A DNA stretch of 64,000 nucleotides from an uncultured delta proteobacterium (GTDB taxonomy: Bacteria > Myxococcota > Kuafuiibacteriia > Kuafuiibacteriales > Kuafuiibacteriaceae). The translations under genes and the position numbers were made by a program. Location: assembly GCA_963803435.1 (NCBI GenBank), contig CAWDML010000007.1:448001-512000 (forward strand). Reading direction: 5' to 3'. The notes below the pieces were generated by a model that saw nothing but the letters and a program-made list of their open reading frames with translations, had not been told where the DNA came from and did no database searches. Below are positions 50,753-64,000 of the stretch, in pieces. Numbering within the stretch: the first letter of the stretch is position 1; every line of letters begins with the position of its first letter.

Positions 50753-50798
50753 GCTTCGCAAACTTGAGCAGTCGTTCTGCGATGTCATCGCCCTTCAT
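50752..50798 (-). pseudogene. 5' stub of a four-helix-bundle gene
   Basis: MKGDDIAERLLKFA, nearly identical to the start of the 8482 gene. Confidence 0.7.
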
Positions 50799-50844
50799 CG
50801 CCGGATCGAACAGCGAATGACAGAACGAGTCGAGTAGACCCCAG

Positions 50845-51147
50845 CCCGCCGTACCAGACGCACGGGCCAGCAGCCCCCTAAGTTGTCGTAGATGAGCACG
50901 CTCAGGTGATTGTCGCCGAAGGGGTCAGCAACCAGGCACCTGATCAGCAACACCTCGTCCCGATGCTCCGTGATGTGTTCGGCAACTGCGGCGATGCTCC
51001 GCGGAAGATGACGGCAGACAACGGCTATCTGAGCGCGACCAACATCGAATTCTGCGACAGGTACGAGCCGAGTGGACGCTCGTCTGCCTCACCCACAACC
51101 TGCTCAATCTCTACCGATCGAAGCTCGCGACCGTCGCGAGCGTCTGA
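50845..51147 (+). pseudogene. IS1182-family transposase remnant with internal deletions
   Basis: QVIVAEGVSNQAPD..LVPML..TADNGYLS..N, and in another frame EWTLVCLTHNLLNLYR*. Confidence 0.75.
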
Positions 51148-51167
51148 CTCAATGCAGCCATCTTCAG

Positions 51168-51237
51168 ATCGGGACCCGGACCGGGACCGGGACCCGGACC
51201 GGGGTCGCGTGAGCGCTTACGCGCCACACGCTCCTAG
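51168..51237 (-). repeat. Right inverted repeat containing a hexamer tract
   Basis: atcgggacccggaccgggaccgggacccggaccggggtcgcgtgagcgcttacgcgccacacgctcctag. Confidence 0.88.
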
Positions 51238-51238
51238 C

Positions 51239-52708
<1,470 letters not shown>

Positions 52709-52787
52709 ACCCCGAGACCTTACTACACGGTCGGTTAAGCTGAAGGCCAGATGAGCCGATCGACACCAAAGAGGCCGCCCTCGAGCG

Positions 52788-55700
52788 ATGGAGCTCAGCA
52801 CAGAACGCAGACCGCGGATTCCAGGTCTTTCGCTGGAACGAGAGATCGGCCGCGGTGCGCATAGCGTCGTCTATGACGCGAGGCGAGGCGCAAAGCGCTA
52901 CGCGGTCAAGGTCGAACGTCCCGGTCCATCCTCGCAAGCCGCGGCCTTCGCCCGCGAAGCCGGGGCCCTGGCCCGGATCGTCCATCCCGGGCTCGCCGCA
53001 ATCCAGGAGATCGGCGAAGCGGGTGGGCTGTCGTACATCGTCATGGAGTACCTGGAGGGGATCACGCTGGCCGAAGCGCTGGAGAAGGGTCCCTTCGATG
53101 AAGCGCGCGTGATCCAGATCGGCCGATCGATCGCGGGGGCGCTCGCCGCCGTCCATCGCCAGGGCCTGGTTCACCGCGACGTCAAGCCACAAAACATCCT
53201 GTGCGCCGACGACGGCAGCCTCAAGCTCATCGACTTCGGCTTCACATCGTCGGCCGGCGCCGCGCCGATCGAAGACGGTCTGGTGGGAACGCTCGCCTAC
53301 TGCTCGCCGGAGCAGGCGGGCGTGCTCAAGCGCGGCATCGACGCGCGGTCCGATCTCTATGCGCTCGGGGTGGTGATGTTCGAGTCGGCGACCGGCCGCC
53401 TCCCCTTCTCCTCCCGCATCCCCGCCGAGCTCCTGCGACAGCACGCCGCGACGCCTCCCCCGCCGGCGCGCTCGGTGAACCCGTCCCTCTCCGAGGCGCT
53501 CGAGCGGATCATCGCGAAGCTCCTGGCCAAGGATCCCGACGATCGGCATCAGAGCGCCGTCGGGTTGGTCGACGACCTCTCGCGGATCCATGAGCTGACG
53601 GGCCAGCTCGAGCGCGGCGAGGCCCTTGTCCTCGACGGTCGGCCCCGGCCCCACGGCCGTCCGTCCGACGGCCCTCTCGTCGGCCGCACGCGCGAGATGA
53701 AGCAGATCGGCGACGCGTGGCGCGAGGCGCACCGCGGCGCGGGAAGCCTGCTGCTCGTCACCGGCGAGCCCGGCAGTGGCAAGAGCCGGCTGATGCGCGA
53801 GCTGTTGTCCGCGGGCACCGAAGACGGCGTCCCCATCCTCTACGGGCGCTGTCAGGTTGGAGGGATCCTCCCGTTCGCGCCCCTCCGCAGCGCCCTCGAC
53901 GAGTGGCTGCGCCAGGTCTCGCTGCTGCCCGATCCACAGCGCACGGAGGTGGCACGCCGGATCGCGGACGCATCGGCAAAGACGGCCCCGCTCCTCGAGC
54001 ACTTCTCGCCACTCTTGGGCAGCTTTCTTCCCGACGCCGGCTGCCTCGCCGGCATCGAGCAGATGCAGGATCAATTCTACGATGCGATCGCCGACTTCCT
54101 GGTCGAGCTGTCGCGACTGAGCGGCGGCGCGATCCTGGCCATCGACGACATTCAATGGATCGACGATGCCTCCGCCCAGGTGATCAAGCGCCTGGCTCCA
54201 TCGATCGGAAGGACGCCGCTGGTGCTCGCGTGTACCGGACGAAGCGATCCGGACAGCACGGAGCAAACCGCGCGCTTTCGCCGGCTCGCCGAGAGCGCCC
54301 CCACGGTTTCGATCCACCTCGAAGGCCTCAGCAGCTCGGACCTCGGGCACCTGATCGCCGACTTCCTGGGCGGCAGGCCCTTTGATGAGGCTCTGGTGGA
54401 GAAGATCGCGACGCGCAGCGGAGGCAACCCGTTCGCGGCCGGCGAGTATCTCAGGAGCATGATCGACTCAGGCCTCCTCCAGCCGTCGTGGGGCAAATGG
54501 AAGCTCAAGACGGAGATGCTCGAGCGGCTCGATCTTCCCGCCGACGTCCTCGAGCTGATCGTCCAGCGGATCTCCCGGCTGGAAGAGAGCACCCGCGAGG
54601 TGCTGGCGCTGGCGGCGGTGGCCGGCCTCAGCTTCGACGCGGCGATCGTCCGCTCGATCGCACAAGATCCGTCCGCGGTGGCACGAGCGCTCTCCGAGGC
54701 AGCCCGGTCGCGCCTGATCGAGACCGATGACGGCGCACACTACCGGTTCGTTCACGATCGCGTGCGCGAGGCGATCCTCGCGGACCTCCCCGTCGAGGAG
54801 GCCCGCCGGATCCACCGCGCAATCGCCGCGGCCCTCGAGTCCGCCCCCGAGAGCGAGGAGCAGCTCTACGCCCTGGCGCAGCACTATCACCTGGGTGGCT
54901 CCGAGCACGCGCCCGAGCGCAGCTATGAGATCAATGCGCGCGCCGCCCTCCGCGCCGCGGGGAGCTTCGCGTTCGTCCGCGCCTATGAGCTGTTCCAGCA
55001 AGCGGACGCCGCAGCCCGGCTCGCCGGGCAAGGGATCACCCCCGAGGTGGAGGCGGCCTTCGGCGACGCCTGCGCCCGGACGGGACGCGTGGACGAGGCG
55101 GTCGCGCACATCCGGAGTGCGCTGACCCGCACCCGCGATCCGGTCCGGCGGGCGATGCTCCGGTACGCCATCTCCAAGGCCCACCTCTCCCGGCACGACA
55201 CGCACGGGGCACGCCGGGAGGCGGAGCTCGCGTTCGGCGAGCTCGGCCGGCGCGCGCCTGCATCGACCCTGATCAACGTGGTGCTCTCGTTCCTGATCTG
55301 GATCTACGGCTGGATCCTCCGGCGAGTGCCGGCGTTCTATGGCACGGCCCGCGGCTCGGATCGGGATCGGCAGATCGCGCTGGTCACGCTCTACCAACAC
55401 TTCAGCTACGTCTCGTACTTCGAGATGAACCCGATCGCGATGGTGCAAGGCACCTTGCGCGCATATCCGTCCGCTGTCCGCGTGGGACCCTCACGTCCGT
55501 ACGTCGAGCTGGTGGGCTCCGGCGGCGTGGTGCTCGGCTTCGCAGGACGCCGCCGCCTGGCGGAGCGAACGCTCGAGGGCATGTTCACGATGGCGAGGCA
55601 GCTCGATGATCCGGTCGCGCTCGCCCGCGTCGGGTACGGCCACGCCCTGATGCTGCACTTTCTCGGCCGACCCGAGGAGGCCGAGGCCTCGATGAAGTCG

Positions 55701-58194
55701 TGCCTCGAGCGCTCCGGCCACTGGATGGAGAACTCCGACTACCTCACGGGCTGCGCCGATCTCTCCTGGAACCTGATGATGCGGGGACACACCGCGGAGG
55801 GACTCCGCTGGATCGACCGCGCCGACGCTCGGGCGGCCCTCAGCAGCGCCGAGAGTCGGCTAGCGCAAGGCCACACCTACCGCTGCTACGCCGGCCCGCT
55901 CTTGGCGATGCTCGGTCGAGGCGGACAGGGACGGGACCACCTCGACCAGTTCGGCCGCCTGCTCGAGCAGCCGCCGGTCGGGCGCTGGCGGCTGGGCAGC
56001 TTCCTCGCCCACCGCGCGCTCCTCTTGGTGGAGCAGGGAGAGCTCGGTGCCCCGCTCGAGGAGGTGATCCGCCGCATCCAGGCGCTCGGGCTCCGCCCGC
56101 GGCGCGTGCCCCTCACAATCAAGCACTTCTACGTGGCGCAGGCAATCGCGCGCCTCGACCAATACGAGCGTACGGAGAGAGGCGAGCGGGCGGCGCTGTT
56201 CGGGCAGGTCGAGCGCGCGCTCAGCGAGCTTCGCTCGGCCTCCACCCACCCCACCCTGCTCGCCCACCGCCTCGTGCTCGACGGGCGCTACGCACGACTT
56301 CGGGGCCGGCGCAGTCGGGCTCACCGGCTCCTGAGCCGAGCGGAGGTCCTCGCGCTCACCACCAGCAACCGCTGGGTGCTCTTCGAGGTCCATCGCGAGC
56401 GGGCGCGACTCCTGGCGGACAGCCGGCGCTCGAGCTCGAGCGAACAGGTCGCCGATCAGGCGTTTCAGCTGGCGCTGCGCCAGGGGTGGATGCTCCGAGC
56501 GCGGGCGGTGCGAATCGAGTTCCGCCTCGATCGATCGGGAAACTCGCTATCCGAGATGCGGACGGCGCCAACCCGCACGGACATCGCGGCGATCCAGCTC
56601 AACAGCCACCTCGAGTCGCTGCTCGAGGTGAGCCTCGTCTCAGCGACCTCGCTCGATCCGTCGGCGCAGGCCCGTGCCGCGCTCGACGCCCTCGTGCGCA
56701 TCCTCGGCGCCGAGCGCGCCTATCTGTTTCTCGTCGACGACGCCGGCGAGCTGGCGTTCACGGCCGGTCGAGGCGCGGGCGGCGAGGATTTCTCGACCCT
56801 CTCCGGTTACAGCATGACGGTCGTCCGTCGGGTCTTCGCGACCGAGCAGGCGCTGGTGGTCAGCAGCACCGAGGACTCGGACCTCGAGACCGCGAAGAGC
56901 GTGGTCGCGCACGACCTCAGGAGCATCATGGCGGCGCCGCTGTCCCTCCGGGGGCGCCTTCGTCGGCATCGTGTATCTCGACAGCCGTCTGGCCCGCGGC
57001 CTCTTCACCTCGGAGGACGTCGACATCCTCCGAGGCATCGGCAACCTCATCGCCTTCACCATCGCGACGGCGCGCACGGCGCAGCTCGAGGTGGTTGTCG
57101 AGTCCGAACGCGCGCAGCGCAAGCTCGCAGAGACGCTGCGCTCGGTGAGCGCCACCTTGAACGCGACGTTGCATCTGGACACCGTCCTGGGCCGCCTCCT
57201 CGAATCCCTCACCAAGGTGGTCCCGTACGACCGAGCGCTCGTCATGCTGCGCGAGGACGCGGGCTTCAAGGTGGTGGCCGCGCGGGCGCACGGGGAGGAG
57301 ATGATCGGGCGCGTGATCGATCCTTCGACGCACCCGCAGCTCCGGCGGATCATCAGCCGCGAGACGCCGTACGTCTCCGAGAGCGCTCGACACTATCTCG
57401 AAGATCACGACGTGCGGTCGTGGGTCGGCGTGCCGCTGGTCGTGCGAGACCGGGTCGTCGGAATCCTGACGATCGACAGCCTCCAGGGGGCCCGATACGA
57501 CGACTCGATGGCGTCCATCGTGGTGACGTTCGCCGAGCAGGCGGCCACGGCCGTGGAGAACGCGCGTCTGTTCGAAGAAGCGGAACGTCGCGCCACCACC
57601 GATCCGCTGACGAACGCGCTAAACCGCGGCCAGCTCTTCATGATCGGCGAGCAGATGCTCCGGCGCGCCCATCGCAACCGAGAGTCGATCAGCGTGCTCC
57701 TGGTCGACGTCGATCACTTCAAAAGGGTGAACGACACCTACGGCCATGCTGCCGGCGACCGAGTGCTGATCCAGGTCGTCCGCGCGATGCAGGGCTGCCT
57801 GCGAGCCAGCGACATCCTGGGAAGGTACGGAGGCGAGGAGTTCGGAATCGTCCTACCGGAGGCGGACGCGGAGGGCGCCGAGCTGGTGGCGGCGCGGCTG
57901 CTGGCGGCGATCTCGAGCCTCACGATCTCGAGCGAATCGGGGCCGATCCGCGTGACGGTGAGCATCGGAAGCGCCTCGATCGTGCCGGAGACCGCGAGCG
58001 AGCTCTCAAAGCTCTTCGCGCGGGCCGACGCCGCGCTCTATCGCGCGAAGGACTTGGGCCGGAACCGCGTCACGAGCGCTCAATCGAGCGGGACGCAGAC
58101 CTTCTTCTCGGAGCCGTCCGCCCCGGGGCTCGAGATGCAGCCGTCGAGCGAATCACTCCAGACCGAGCGCCTTCAGCAACGTCGCGCGCGCTGA
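52788..58194 (+). CDS. Ser/Thr kinase - AAA/STAND ATPase - helical repeat - GAF - GAF - GGDEF diguanylate cyclase fusion, frameshifted near 56959
   Basis: HRDVKPQN, DFG; GEPGSGKS, IDDIQWID, GNPF, FVHDRV; GAF LRSIMAAPL / VGIVYLDSR; TDPLT, DVDHFKRVNDTYGH, RYGGEEF. Confidence 0.88.
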
Positions 58195-59436
58195 AGCGAG
58201 GTTGTACTCCGCCTGAACCTGCTGAGCGAGCGCGTTGGCGAGCACGAGCTGCGCATCACTGAGCTCGAATCGAGCTCCCCACGCCCGTCTCGTACCGGCC
58301 CTCCGCGAGCCGGAGACGCTCGCGCGCGTTGTCGGCGGCCTCCGCGGCCGCGCTCACCACCGCCTTCGCGGCCAGCACCGCCAGCCGGGCTTGCTCGACC
58401 TCGACCTGGACCGACAACCGCAGCGAGGCGACCTGCGCCTCGATGCTGGCGATCTGGGCCCTCGCCTCGTCCGCCTGCGCGCGCGTGAGGCCGCCCTCGA
58501 AGAAGGACCAGGACAAGGTCACGCCGGTGTCGAGGTTCCACGCGAGGGAGTTGAACGAGGTCCCGCCGTCCGAGAAGCCCGAGGTCAACCCGAGCCGCGG
58601 CCAGTAGGCGCCCTGAATGCTGTCGAGCGTCAGCTCCTGAGCCCGCACTTGATTCTCCAGCGCCGCGAGCTCGGGCCGCGCCGCCAGCGCGCGATCGAGG
58701 AGGCTCTGCGCCGGCTGCTCCTCGCCCTCCACGGGCGGCATCGACTCGTCCGCCACGTCGAAGTCCGGGACACCCTCGACGCCCATCGCCTGCATCAAGC
58801 GGGCTTTCGCGCTGGCGTAGCCGTTCTCGGCGTTGATCAGCTGCACGCGGGCGTTGGCCACGTCGGTCCGGACCTGCGCCAGATCGATCTCGGGTCGGGT
58901 CCCGGCCTCCACGAAGGCCTTCACCTGCGCCAGGTGCTTCTCCTGGTTGTCGAGCGTCTCCTGCGCCACTCGCACCAACGCCTTGCCGGCGCGCGCGTCG
59001 AAGTACGTGGTGCGAACGTTGAGCCCCACCTGGAGGCGCGTGGACCGCTCGCTCTGCTCGCTCGCCTTCGCCAGCTCCAGGCTCGCCTTGTGGCGATCCC
59101 AGGTGTTGCCGAAGTCCCATACCAGCTGATCGGCGTTCACGCCGAAGTTGAAGTAGTTGAACGTGTCGAAGCTCGAGCTCTGCGAGCCGACGTTGGCGCC
59201 CATCGGGACGAAGCCAGGCCGCGCGACGAAGTTCGCAGTGGTTCGTTGATACGAGGCGGTCCCGCCCAGCTGCGGGAGAAACGGGGCCAGGGTCTGGTCC
59301 GCGCGGGCCTGGGCGGCCTGGGTGTCGGCGTGCGCACGCCGGACGTCGGGCTGACGCTGGTGCGCGGTGTCGAGCGCCTCGGCCAGCGTGATCACCCGCG
59401 GCGCGGACAGGAGCAGCAGGAGCGGGAGAAAGGGCA

Positions 59437-59437
<1 letters not shown>
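58153..59437 (-). CDS. TolC family outer-membrane efflux protein, frameshifted near 58268
   Basis: TLAEAL, PQL, LVWDFG, RPEL, RYETGVGS, continuing IELSDAQ..QAEYNLA..LLKALGLE* in the alternative frame. Confidence 0.85.
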
Positions 59438-60662
<1,225 letters not shown>

Positions 60663-60666
<4 letters not shown>

Positions 60667-61355
60667 GCGGGCACCTCTCTCTGCTCGTCGCGATCGACGT
60701 GGCCATCCTTCATCCAGATCACGCGCGATCCGTAGGCGGCCACGTCGGGCTCGTGCGTAACGAGCACCATGGTGATGCCGCTCCGGCCGAGCTCGCGGAA
60801 GAGCTCCATGATCTCGACGGTGGTGCGCGAGTCCAGGTTCCCGGTGGGCTCGTCGGCGAGGATCACCCGCGGACCGTTCGCGATGGCCCGCGCCACCGCG
60901 ACCCGCTGCTGCTGGCCGCCGGAGAGCTGATTCGGGGTGTGGTCCATCCGCTCGGCGAGGCCGACCCGGTCGAGCGCCTCCGCGGCGCGGCGGCGGCGCT
61001 CGCGCGTGGACAGCCCGCTGTACAGCATCGGCAGCTCCACGTTCTCGAGCGCGCTGGTGCGCGGCAGCAGGTTGAAGCTCTGGAACACGAACCCGAGGGT
61101 TCGATTCCGGACCAGGGCCAGCTCGTGCCGCTTGAGGTGGGAGACGTCGCGTCCGTCGAGCAGGTAGCGCCCCGAGGTGGGCCGGTCCAGGCATCCAACC
61201 ACGTTCATCAGCGTCGACTTGCCCGATCCCGAGGAGCCCATGACGGCGAGGAACTCGCGCTCCGCGATCGAGACGGTGATCCCGTCGAGAGCACGGACCT
61301 CCATGTCACCCATGCGATAGATGCGGGAGACGTCGGTCAGCTCGATCAACATCAC
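60663..61355 (-). CDS. MacB/LolD-type ABC ATP-binding protein
   Basis: [34 protein letters not shown]. Confidence 0.93.
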
Positions 61356-62476
61356 AGGAATCCGGGCGGGCGGCGGCGGCCCCCGGCCTCGCCTGCGAGC
61401 GCACCGATGATCACGGCGTCGTGCTCGGACAGCTCCCCACCGGTGATCTCGGTGAAGCGGCCGTCGCTCACGCCGGTCTCGACGAGGACGCGCACCGGCT
61501 TCCCCGACTCCAGCCGGTAGACCGTACGGCCCTCGACCTCCTCCTTGTCGTCGCTGGGGCGGAAGCGGAGCGCGGCGTTGGGCACGCGCATCACGTCCTT
61601 CCGCTCGGCCACTACGAACGTGACGTTCGCGGTCATGCCAGGCTTGAGCTCGAGGTCATCGTTGGAGACGTCGATCACCGCGTCGTACGTGACCACGTTG
61701 GAGACCATCTGGGCGGCGTTGCGGATCTGGCGGACCTTGCCGACGAACGGCTTGCCCGGATAGGCGTCGACCGTGAAGCGAGCGTCCATGCCGGAGCGGA
61801 GCTTGCCCACGTCGGCCTCGGCGACGCTGGTGTCGACCTGCATGCGTCGCAGATCCTCGGCGATCACAAACAGCACGGGCGCCTGAAGCGACGCCGCCAC
61901 GGTCTGACCCACGTCGACGTCCCGCGAGATCACGACGCCGTCGATCGGCGAGACGATGGTGGTGTACCCGAGGTTGACGCTGGCCTGCTCGAGGGCCGCC
62001 TGGGTCTGGGCCAGCGTGGCCTTGGCCGCCTCGACCTGCGACGCGGCGACCTCGGCGTTGGCCTCCGCGGTCTCGGCGTCGGCCGTCGCGATCAGCTTTC
62101 GCTCGGCCAGGCTCTTGATCCGCTCGGCCTGCCGGCCGGCGTCCTTGGCCTGCACCACCGACTTGGCCACGTTCGCCTTGGCCGCCTGGAAGTTGGCGCG
62201 GGCCTGGTTGATCGCAGCCTCGAACAGCTGCGGATCGAGACGGGCCAGCACGTCACCCTTCTTCACGTGGGAGTTGAAGTCGGCCGGGAGCTCCTTGATC
62301 CGCCCCGAGACCTGGCTGCCGACCTGAACGGTGACGAGCGCCGAGAGGGTGCCGGTGGCGGTGACCTTGGACACGATGGTGCCGCGATCCACCCCGCGGG
62401 TCTCGAAGCGCGGTCCCTGCGGCTTTTTGCTGCAGGCGAGGAGGGCCAGGAGAGAGAGGAGGAGGAGCCGCCGCAC
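61352..62476 (-). CDS. MacA-like periplasmic adaptor lipoprotein; start approximate
   Basis: LLACSKK lipobox; TGTL..VQVGSQVSG, SPIDGVV..GQTVAAS, LKPGMTA, VPNAAL. Confidence 0.88.
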   Translation of the reverse strand: MRRLLLLSLLALLACSKKPQGPRFETRGVDRGTIVSKVTATGTLSALVTVQVGSQVSGRIKELPADFNSHVKKGDVLARLDPQLFEAAINQARANFQAAKANVAKSVVQAKDAGRQAERIKSLAERKLIATADAETAEANAEVAASQVEAAKATLAQTQAALEQASVNLGYTTIVSPIDGVVISRDVDVGQTVAASLQAPVLFVIAEDLRRMQVDTSVAEADVGKLRSGMDARFTVDAYPGKPFVGKVRQIRNAAQMVSNVVTYDAVIDVSNDDLELKPGMTANVTFVVAERKDVMRVPNAALRFRPSDDKEEVEGRTVYRLESGKPVRVLVETGVSDGRFTEITGGELSEHDAVIIGALAGEAGGRRRPPGFL

Positions 62477-62555
62477 CGGTCTGTCGACCACACCAGGGCC
62501 GCGCGACCGGAGCAACGAGGAAGGCGCGGCTTCACATTTCTTAAGAGCTCGTGGT

Positions 62556-62572
62556 AGCTGGTCCGACCAGTT
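62556..62572. promoter_or_regulatory. FadR-type operator palindrome
   Basis: AGCTGGTCCGACCAGTT fits the FadR consensus AACTGGTCnGACCAGTT with one mismatch; ends 3 bp before the regulator ATG. Confidence 0.75.
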
Positions 62573-62575
62573 GAT

Positions 62576-63268
62576 ATGCGCCCGCAGACTAAGCAACGAA
62601 AGATCGGAGAGGAGATCGCGGAGAACCTCCGCGAGGCGATCGTCGAAGGGCAGATCCGACCGGGAGAAGCGCTGCCCTCGGAGCGCGAGCTGGCGCAGAC
62701 CCTCGAGGTGAATCGATCGAGCGTCCGGGAGGCGATCCTGCGCCTCGAGGCGTGGGGGCTGGTCGAGATCCGACAGGGTGGCTCGACGCGCGTGCGGGAC
62801 TACCTGGTCTCGGCGGGGCTCGGCCTGCTCCCGCATCTGTTCTCGGTGGGCAAGCGGATCGATCCCGGGCTCCTGCGCGACCTCCACGAGATCCGGGCGA
62901 TGCTGTTCGGCTGGTGCGCCGAGCGCGCCGCCGTCCACGCGGACGCCGCCGCGGTCCAGCGGTTGGAGACGATCGCGCAGTCGCTCTCCTCGAGCTCCGT
63001 TCGGACGCTCCAGGAGCTCGACTATGACTTCTTCGACGAGCTGGTGCGCATCACCGGGAACCGCGTGCTGTCGCTGCTCAGCAACGTAGTACGCGACATC
63101 TACATGAAGGAGCGCGAGCGGTTCGCGGCGATGTATCGCCCCGGCGTCTTCGATCCCTCCCATCACCGGCGGACGGTCGAGGCGATCCGGCTGCACGATC
63201 CCGCGACGGCGTCCGCCGAGATGCGGGCCCACGCGCTCAGCGCGCTCGCCACCCTGGAGGAGCCATGA
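62576..63268 (+). CDS. GntR/FadR family transcriptional regulator
   Basis: LPSERELA..VNRSSVREA..LVEIRQGGST; FCD-like C-terminus. Confidence 0.92.
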   Translation: MRPQTKQRKIGEEIAENLREAIVEGQIRPGEALPSERELAQTLEVNRSSVREAILRLEAWGLVEIRQGGSTRVRDYLVSAGLGLLPHLFSVGKRIDPGLLRDLHEIRAMLFGWCAERAAVHADAAAVQRLETIAQSLSSSSVRTLQELDYDFFDELVRITGNRVLSLLSNVVRDIYMKERERFAAMYRPGVFDPSHHRRTVEAIRLHDPATASAEMRAHALSALATLEEP

Positions 63269-64000
63269 ACCTGATGACCCGCAGCCCGGAGCCGGCGGCC
63301 AACGCCCCGCGCTACGCAGAGGGGAGCCACGGTCACGTCGAGAGCTACTTCTTGCGTGCCAACGATCCCGACCGTCCGCGCGCCCTCTGGATCAAGGGCA
63401 CCATCCTGGCGCCCCACGCCGGCGAGCCGCTGGCAGAGACCTGGTTCATCTGGTTCGACGGCGAGAAAAAGCGGACCTTCGCGCGGAAAGAGACGGTGCC
63501 GCTCCGGGAGGCTGTCGTCCTGCGCAGCGAGGGCGACGCCGTCGAGCTGTCAATCGCACGCACCCGCGTCGTGCTGGGCGCGTCGGGATCGGCCTCCGGC
63601 CAGATGGAGGATCCCGCGGGCGACGCCAGCTGGTCGCTCGACTTCCGCGCGGATCCGAGCCCGGTGGGCGGCCCGCTGGTGATGCTGCCGTGGCGCTTCC
63701 TGCGCGAGGGCCCGTTCCCCCGCTCGAAGCTGCTCACCCCCTTTCCCGCGCTGCAGTTCACGGGTCGGCTCTCGGTGCTCGGTGAGACGATCGCGATCGA
63801 CCGCTGGCCGGGCATGCAGGGCCACAACTGGGGCCGCGAGCACGCGTTCGAGTACGCGTGGGGTCAGTGCCTGTTTCCGGCGACCGGCGCGGGCCCCGAG
63901 GCCATGGTCGAGGGCTTCAGCGCCCGGGTGAAGCTGAGGAGCACGGTCTCGCCGCGCATGTCGGCGCTCGTGGTTCGACGCGGAGCGGAGACGTATCGCT
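63265..64000 (+). CDS. Tocopherol cyclase/AttH-fold-like protein, runs off the right edge
   Basis: ATGA overlap with the regulator; GHVESYFLRAN, ALWIK, SWSL, GMQGHNWG..HAFEYAWG; absent from the ORF track because it has no stop in the window. Confidence 0.6.
   Translation, partial: MNLMTRSPEPAANAPRYAEGSHGHVESYFLRANDPDRPRALWIKGTILAPHAGEPLAETWFIWFDGEKKRTFARKETVPLREAVVLRSEGDAVELSIARTRVVLGASGSASGQMEDPAGDASWSLDFRADPSPVGGPLVMLPWRFLREGPFPRSKLLTPFPALQFTGRLSVLGETIAIDRWPGMQGHNWGREHAFEYAWGQCLFPATGAGPEAMVEGFSARVKLRSTVSPRMSALVVRRGAETYR

Larger units (their letters stand above)
49983..50829. repeat. Inner inverted repeat pair (22-23 bp) at 49983-50005 and 50808-50829
   Basis: ctcgttctgctcattcgctattc versus reverse complement ctcgttctg-tcattcgctgttc (1 gap, 1 mismatch). 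Confidence 0.7.
49454..51237. mobile_element. Composite non-autonomous element bounded by about 70 bp imperfect inverted repeats, each starting at CTAG
   Basis: 49454-49522 versus the reverse complement of 51168-51237: 63/70 identical by manual alignment; lies between two convergent genes. Confidence 0.8.

Noticed and set aside
49525-50798. Diversity-generating retroelement (Avd-like gene) or 23S rRNA intervening sequence
   Set aside because: No reverse transcriptase, template/variable repeat pair or rRNA sequence in the window

Overview
GC-rich bacterial window with the hallmarks of a Myxococcota-like (myxobacterial) genome: a MYXO-CTERM protein, PEGA-domain Ser/Thr kinases, Cys-rich and Ig-like lipoproteins, and TPR proteins. 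It holds about 45 accessory genes and no rRNA, tRNA or CRISPR array. Recognisable modules are an exosortase with its VIT-vWA PEP-CTERM target, a WS/DGAT with a hydrolase, a translationally coupled asnB-like/SAM methyltransferase/osmoprotectant ABC operon, RegB/RegA, a PiT transporter, arsM-sigZ, a kinase-ATPase-GAF-GGDEF fusion, a MacAB-TolC-type efflux operon, and a FadR-type regulator with its operator. Four features stand out. (1) A nested 1.78 kb element (49454-51237) is bounded by 70 bp CTAG-starting inverted repeats. It carries two four-helix-bundle (IVP-like) gene remnants, an IS5 transposase and an IS1182 remnant, and its IS5 + four-helix-bundle module recurs at 8482-9135. (2) The asnB-methyltransferase-ABC operon is a candidate new solute pathway. 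(3) Three enzyme-domain proteins (PPK2, Glu/Leu dehydrogenase, SNF2-like ATPase) carry atypical low-complexity N-terminal leaders. (4) A perfect 72 bp x 4.4 tandem repeat lies in the 3' end of a gene. Several single-base frameshifts in otherwise intact genes may be sequencing errors. All product calls come from motif recognition by eye; no database search was run.
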